Source: an uncultured Pseudomonadales bacterium
GTDB taxonomy: Bacteria > Patescibacteriota > Microgenomatia > UBA1400 > UBA12028
Direction: 5' to 3'
NCBI GenBank assembly: GCA_964635905.1
Contig: CAZWPK010000002.1
Location: forward strand, 77,621-141,620
Length of the DNA: 64,000 nt
Shown here: piece after piece, positions 62,503 through 64,000 of the stretch
Numbering within the stretch: position 1 is the stretch's first letter
How the letters are laid out: each line of letters starts with the position of its first letter
Position numbers and translations under genes: made by a program
The notes under the pieces: model-generated
Seen by the model: only the letters and a program-made list of their open reading frames with translations
Told to the model about the DNA's origin: nothing
Database searches by the model: none

Positions 62503-62860
62503 TTGCAGCCCACATTGCCAGCATCCCGACACTATCAAAACCAATATCCATTAGATGGGGTGTCCGACCCGGAACGAAGGATTGGTGAAACTCATCGCTT
62601 ACGGCAAAAAGAATGGTAAAAATGGCAGCTCTAGTAAACTGCTGTCTACTGCCAGTTGAAAAAGCACGCACTGCAAACAGATACAGCAATGCATAGACAG
62701 TCATGTGGGCAGATTTTTTGAACACAAAATCTAATACTCCACTGGGAGCTCCAGGCAAAACTGATTGTGAGGAGAGAAAAAAGATCAGTCCACACCAAAG
62801 GATCAATGTCAGATAACGAATATACTGATGCTCACTAATGTTGTTGAGTGTTTTTCGCAT
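62480..62860 (-). CDS. VanZ-like family membrane protein
   Basis: 126 aa with 3 to 4 TM helices and a VanZ-type motif (FKKSAHMTVYALLY; DK/K..H...Y). Confidence 0.55.
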   Translation of the reverse strand: MRKTLNNISEHQYIRYLTLILWCGLIFFLSSQSVLPGAPSGVLDFVFKKSAHMTVYALLYLFAVRAFSTGSRQQFTRAAIFTILFAVSDEFHQSFVPGRTPHLMDIGFDSVGMLAMWAAIKKFSWR

Positions 62861-62864
62861 AATG

Positions 62865-64000
62865 TTATTTTAGGAAAGGGAGTGGAAACGGTAACTTCCC
62901 ATGCATTCTGGTAAACCAATCTAACCCCAAATAGAGCATTGAACCGGAAAAGAGAACGGTTCCGCTGCCAATGGCAATGACTGCGGGTACGACGGTCGCT
63001 TTCGCAGATGAACTAGCTTCTGGGATCTCTTTTTCACGATGTGCTTCAATCTCACTTGTCCCTAGAATCTGACCGAATGGCTCAATTGTTTGAGCACTTT
63101 GACTGCTTCCAGGGGTTTGTTGTGTAAGAGCTGCTTGCGTGGGTGATGGAGTAGAGGTCGAGCTAGGACTTAATGATGCCGACGCTGAAGCTGTTGGGGA
63201 GGGTGTCGGCGTTGGAGTTGTCACCGTATTTGGCCCATTTTTAGTCGGGGTTCCAGTCTCTTTCCAATCTGTTCCACTCTTTGCAAATGAGAAGCCTTTC
63301 TTGCAACTGACAGTATAGGAATACTCATCTACCTTTTCCTTTGCCCCATTGTGTAGTCGAACTGTGTCCCCGGTGTTCGTTAACATGCCGATATCAAATT
63401 CCAAAATCTCAATGATGCGATACGATTTTGCAGGAATGAGTAATTCTTTGATCGGTTGGGTGTGATTATCTTTATCTTTTATTTCCCAGTTGATTAACTT
63501 CACTTCCGCCTCATTTCCGTTATAAACCTCAATCCATTCGTGCTCATCCTCCATCTGACAGGCATAGACTTCAGATAAAGAGATCCCGGTTGGTTGGATG
63601 ACGATAGTGGGTGTCGGTGTTGGTGTCGGTGTGGGAGAGGAAGCAGGGGTTGCACTGGAACTGGGTGTTGGAGTTCCAACGAGTAAAGTGACCGGTTCAC
63701 TCGTTAGGGTAATTGGAAGTAATTGGTCCGAAGGGACATAGGACTGTTTGCTATCTGTCTGGATCCAGGTAGTTCCTGAACGTTGCCAAGAATTGGACAT
63801 GAAGTCACAGCCTTTAAACAAGTTTCCAGTTTCTCCATAGGAAAAACTCTCGACAGTCGTCCCGTCGCGCTTTAGATACACGATATCGGTATCGGCATTA
63901 TAGATGCCTCTGGTTGCCGGTATCTCGACATAGATAATCTTTCCTGCCGGGATCACTGCATTAAGATAATAGGTATTGGTCGCACTACCCAACTCATCTG
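62865..64000 (-). CDS. Partial CDS (5' end beyond window): secreted/surface protein with lamin-tail-domain (LTD)-like repeats, Pro/Thr/Ser-rich linkers and C-terminal TM anchor
   Basis: The frame is open to the window edge; the track M at 63992 is really TTG and the frame continues upstream. There are two LTD-like beta modules (EWIEVYNGNEAEVKLINWEIKD ... NTGDTVRLHNGAKEKVDEYSY, and IYVEIPATRGIYNADTDIVYLKRDGTTVESFSY). Between them are PTPTPTPT and S/T-rich linkers. The C-terminus has a hydrophobic helix (VVPAVIAIGSGTVLFSGSMLYLGL). Confidence 0.5.
   Translation of the reverse strand, partial: DELGSATNTYYLNAVIPAGKIIYVEIPATRGIYNADTDIVYLKRDGTTVESFSYGETGNLFKGCDFMSNSWQRSGTTWIQTDSKQSYVPSDQLLPITLTSEPVTLLVGTPTPSSSATPASSPTPTPTPTPTIVIQPTGISLSEVYACQMEDEHEWIEVYNGNEAEVKLINWEIKDKDNHTQPIKELLIPAKSYRIIEILEFDIGMLTNTGDTVRLHNGAKEKVDEYSYTVSCKKGFSFAKSGTDWKETGTPTKNGPNTVTTPTPTPSPTASASASLSPSSTSTPSPTQAALTQQTPGSSQSAQTIEPFGQILGTSEIEAHREKEIPEASSSAKATVVPAVIAIGSGTVLFSGSMLYLGLDWFTRMHGKLPFPLPFLK

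Noticed and set aside
63600-63650. Short tandem DNA repeat (ggtgttggtgtcggtgtgggag) resembling a minisatellite
   Set aside because: It lies within the coding sequence and simply encodes the PTPTPTPT linker of the LTD protein. It is not a CRISPR or non-coding repeat.

Overview
The window is a very gene-dense region (about 59 coding regions, many start/stop overlaps of 4 to 40 bp, almost no intergenic DNA) that looks like a reduced-genome bacterium, possibly CPR/Patescibacteria-like. This is my inference from AT-rich coding, compact packing and the bacterial housekeeping genes greA, trmD and Fe/Mn sodA. No rRNA, tRNA or CRISPR array was recognised, and the intergenic DNA is too short for confident promoter or terminator calls. 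Nearly the whole window is one giant cell-surface glycosylation island. It holds about 16 large polytopic membrane proteins that look like GT-C-fold (ArnT/PMT-like) glycosyltransferases. Several of these form tandem paralog sets. It also holds about 12 GT-A/GT2 and 6 to 7 GT4 glycosyltransferases, two Wzx-type flippases, and three Dpm1/GtrB-like polyprenyl-phosphate-sugar synthases. One synthase is fused to a GtrA-like domain and another sits next to a small DUF2304-like membrane protein. The nucleotide-sugar enzymes are Gmd, Fcl, an Rmd-like reductase, a GalE-like epimerase, Ugd, and a ColD/E1-like PLP 3-dehydratase with His-His in place of the catalytic Lys. An AsnB-like amidotransferase, SAM methyltransferases and a hexapeptide acetyltransferase are also present. 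Unusual items are a GT-C membrane domain fused to a zinc-ribbon SAM methyltransferase, and a Nudix / 2H-phosphoesterase / DUF1653 trio embedded in an operon of three ArnT-like paralogs. An uncharacterised 229-aa protein is translationally coupled to trmD where rimM normally sits. An HD-domain protein plus a small ORF sits inside the island. At the 3' edge there is a PT-linker-rich lamin-tail-domain surface protein that is a plausible glycosylation substrate. All family assignments rest on motif recognition by eye; no database search was possible.
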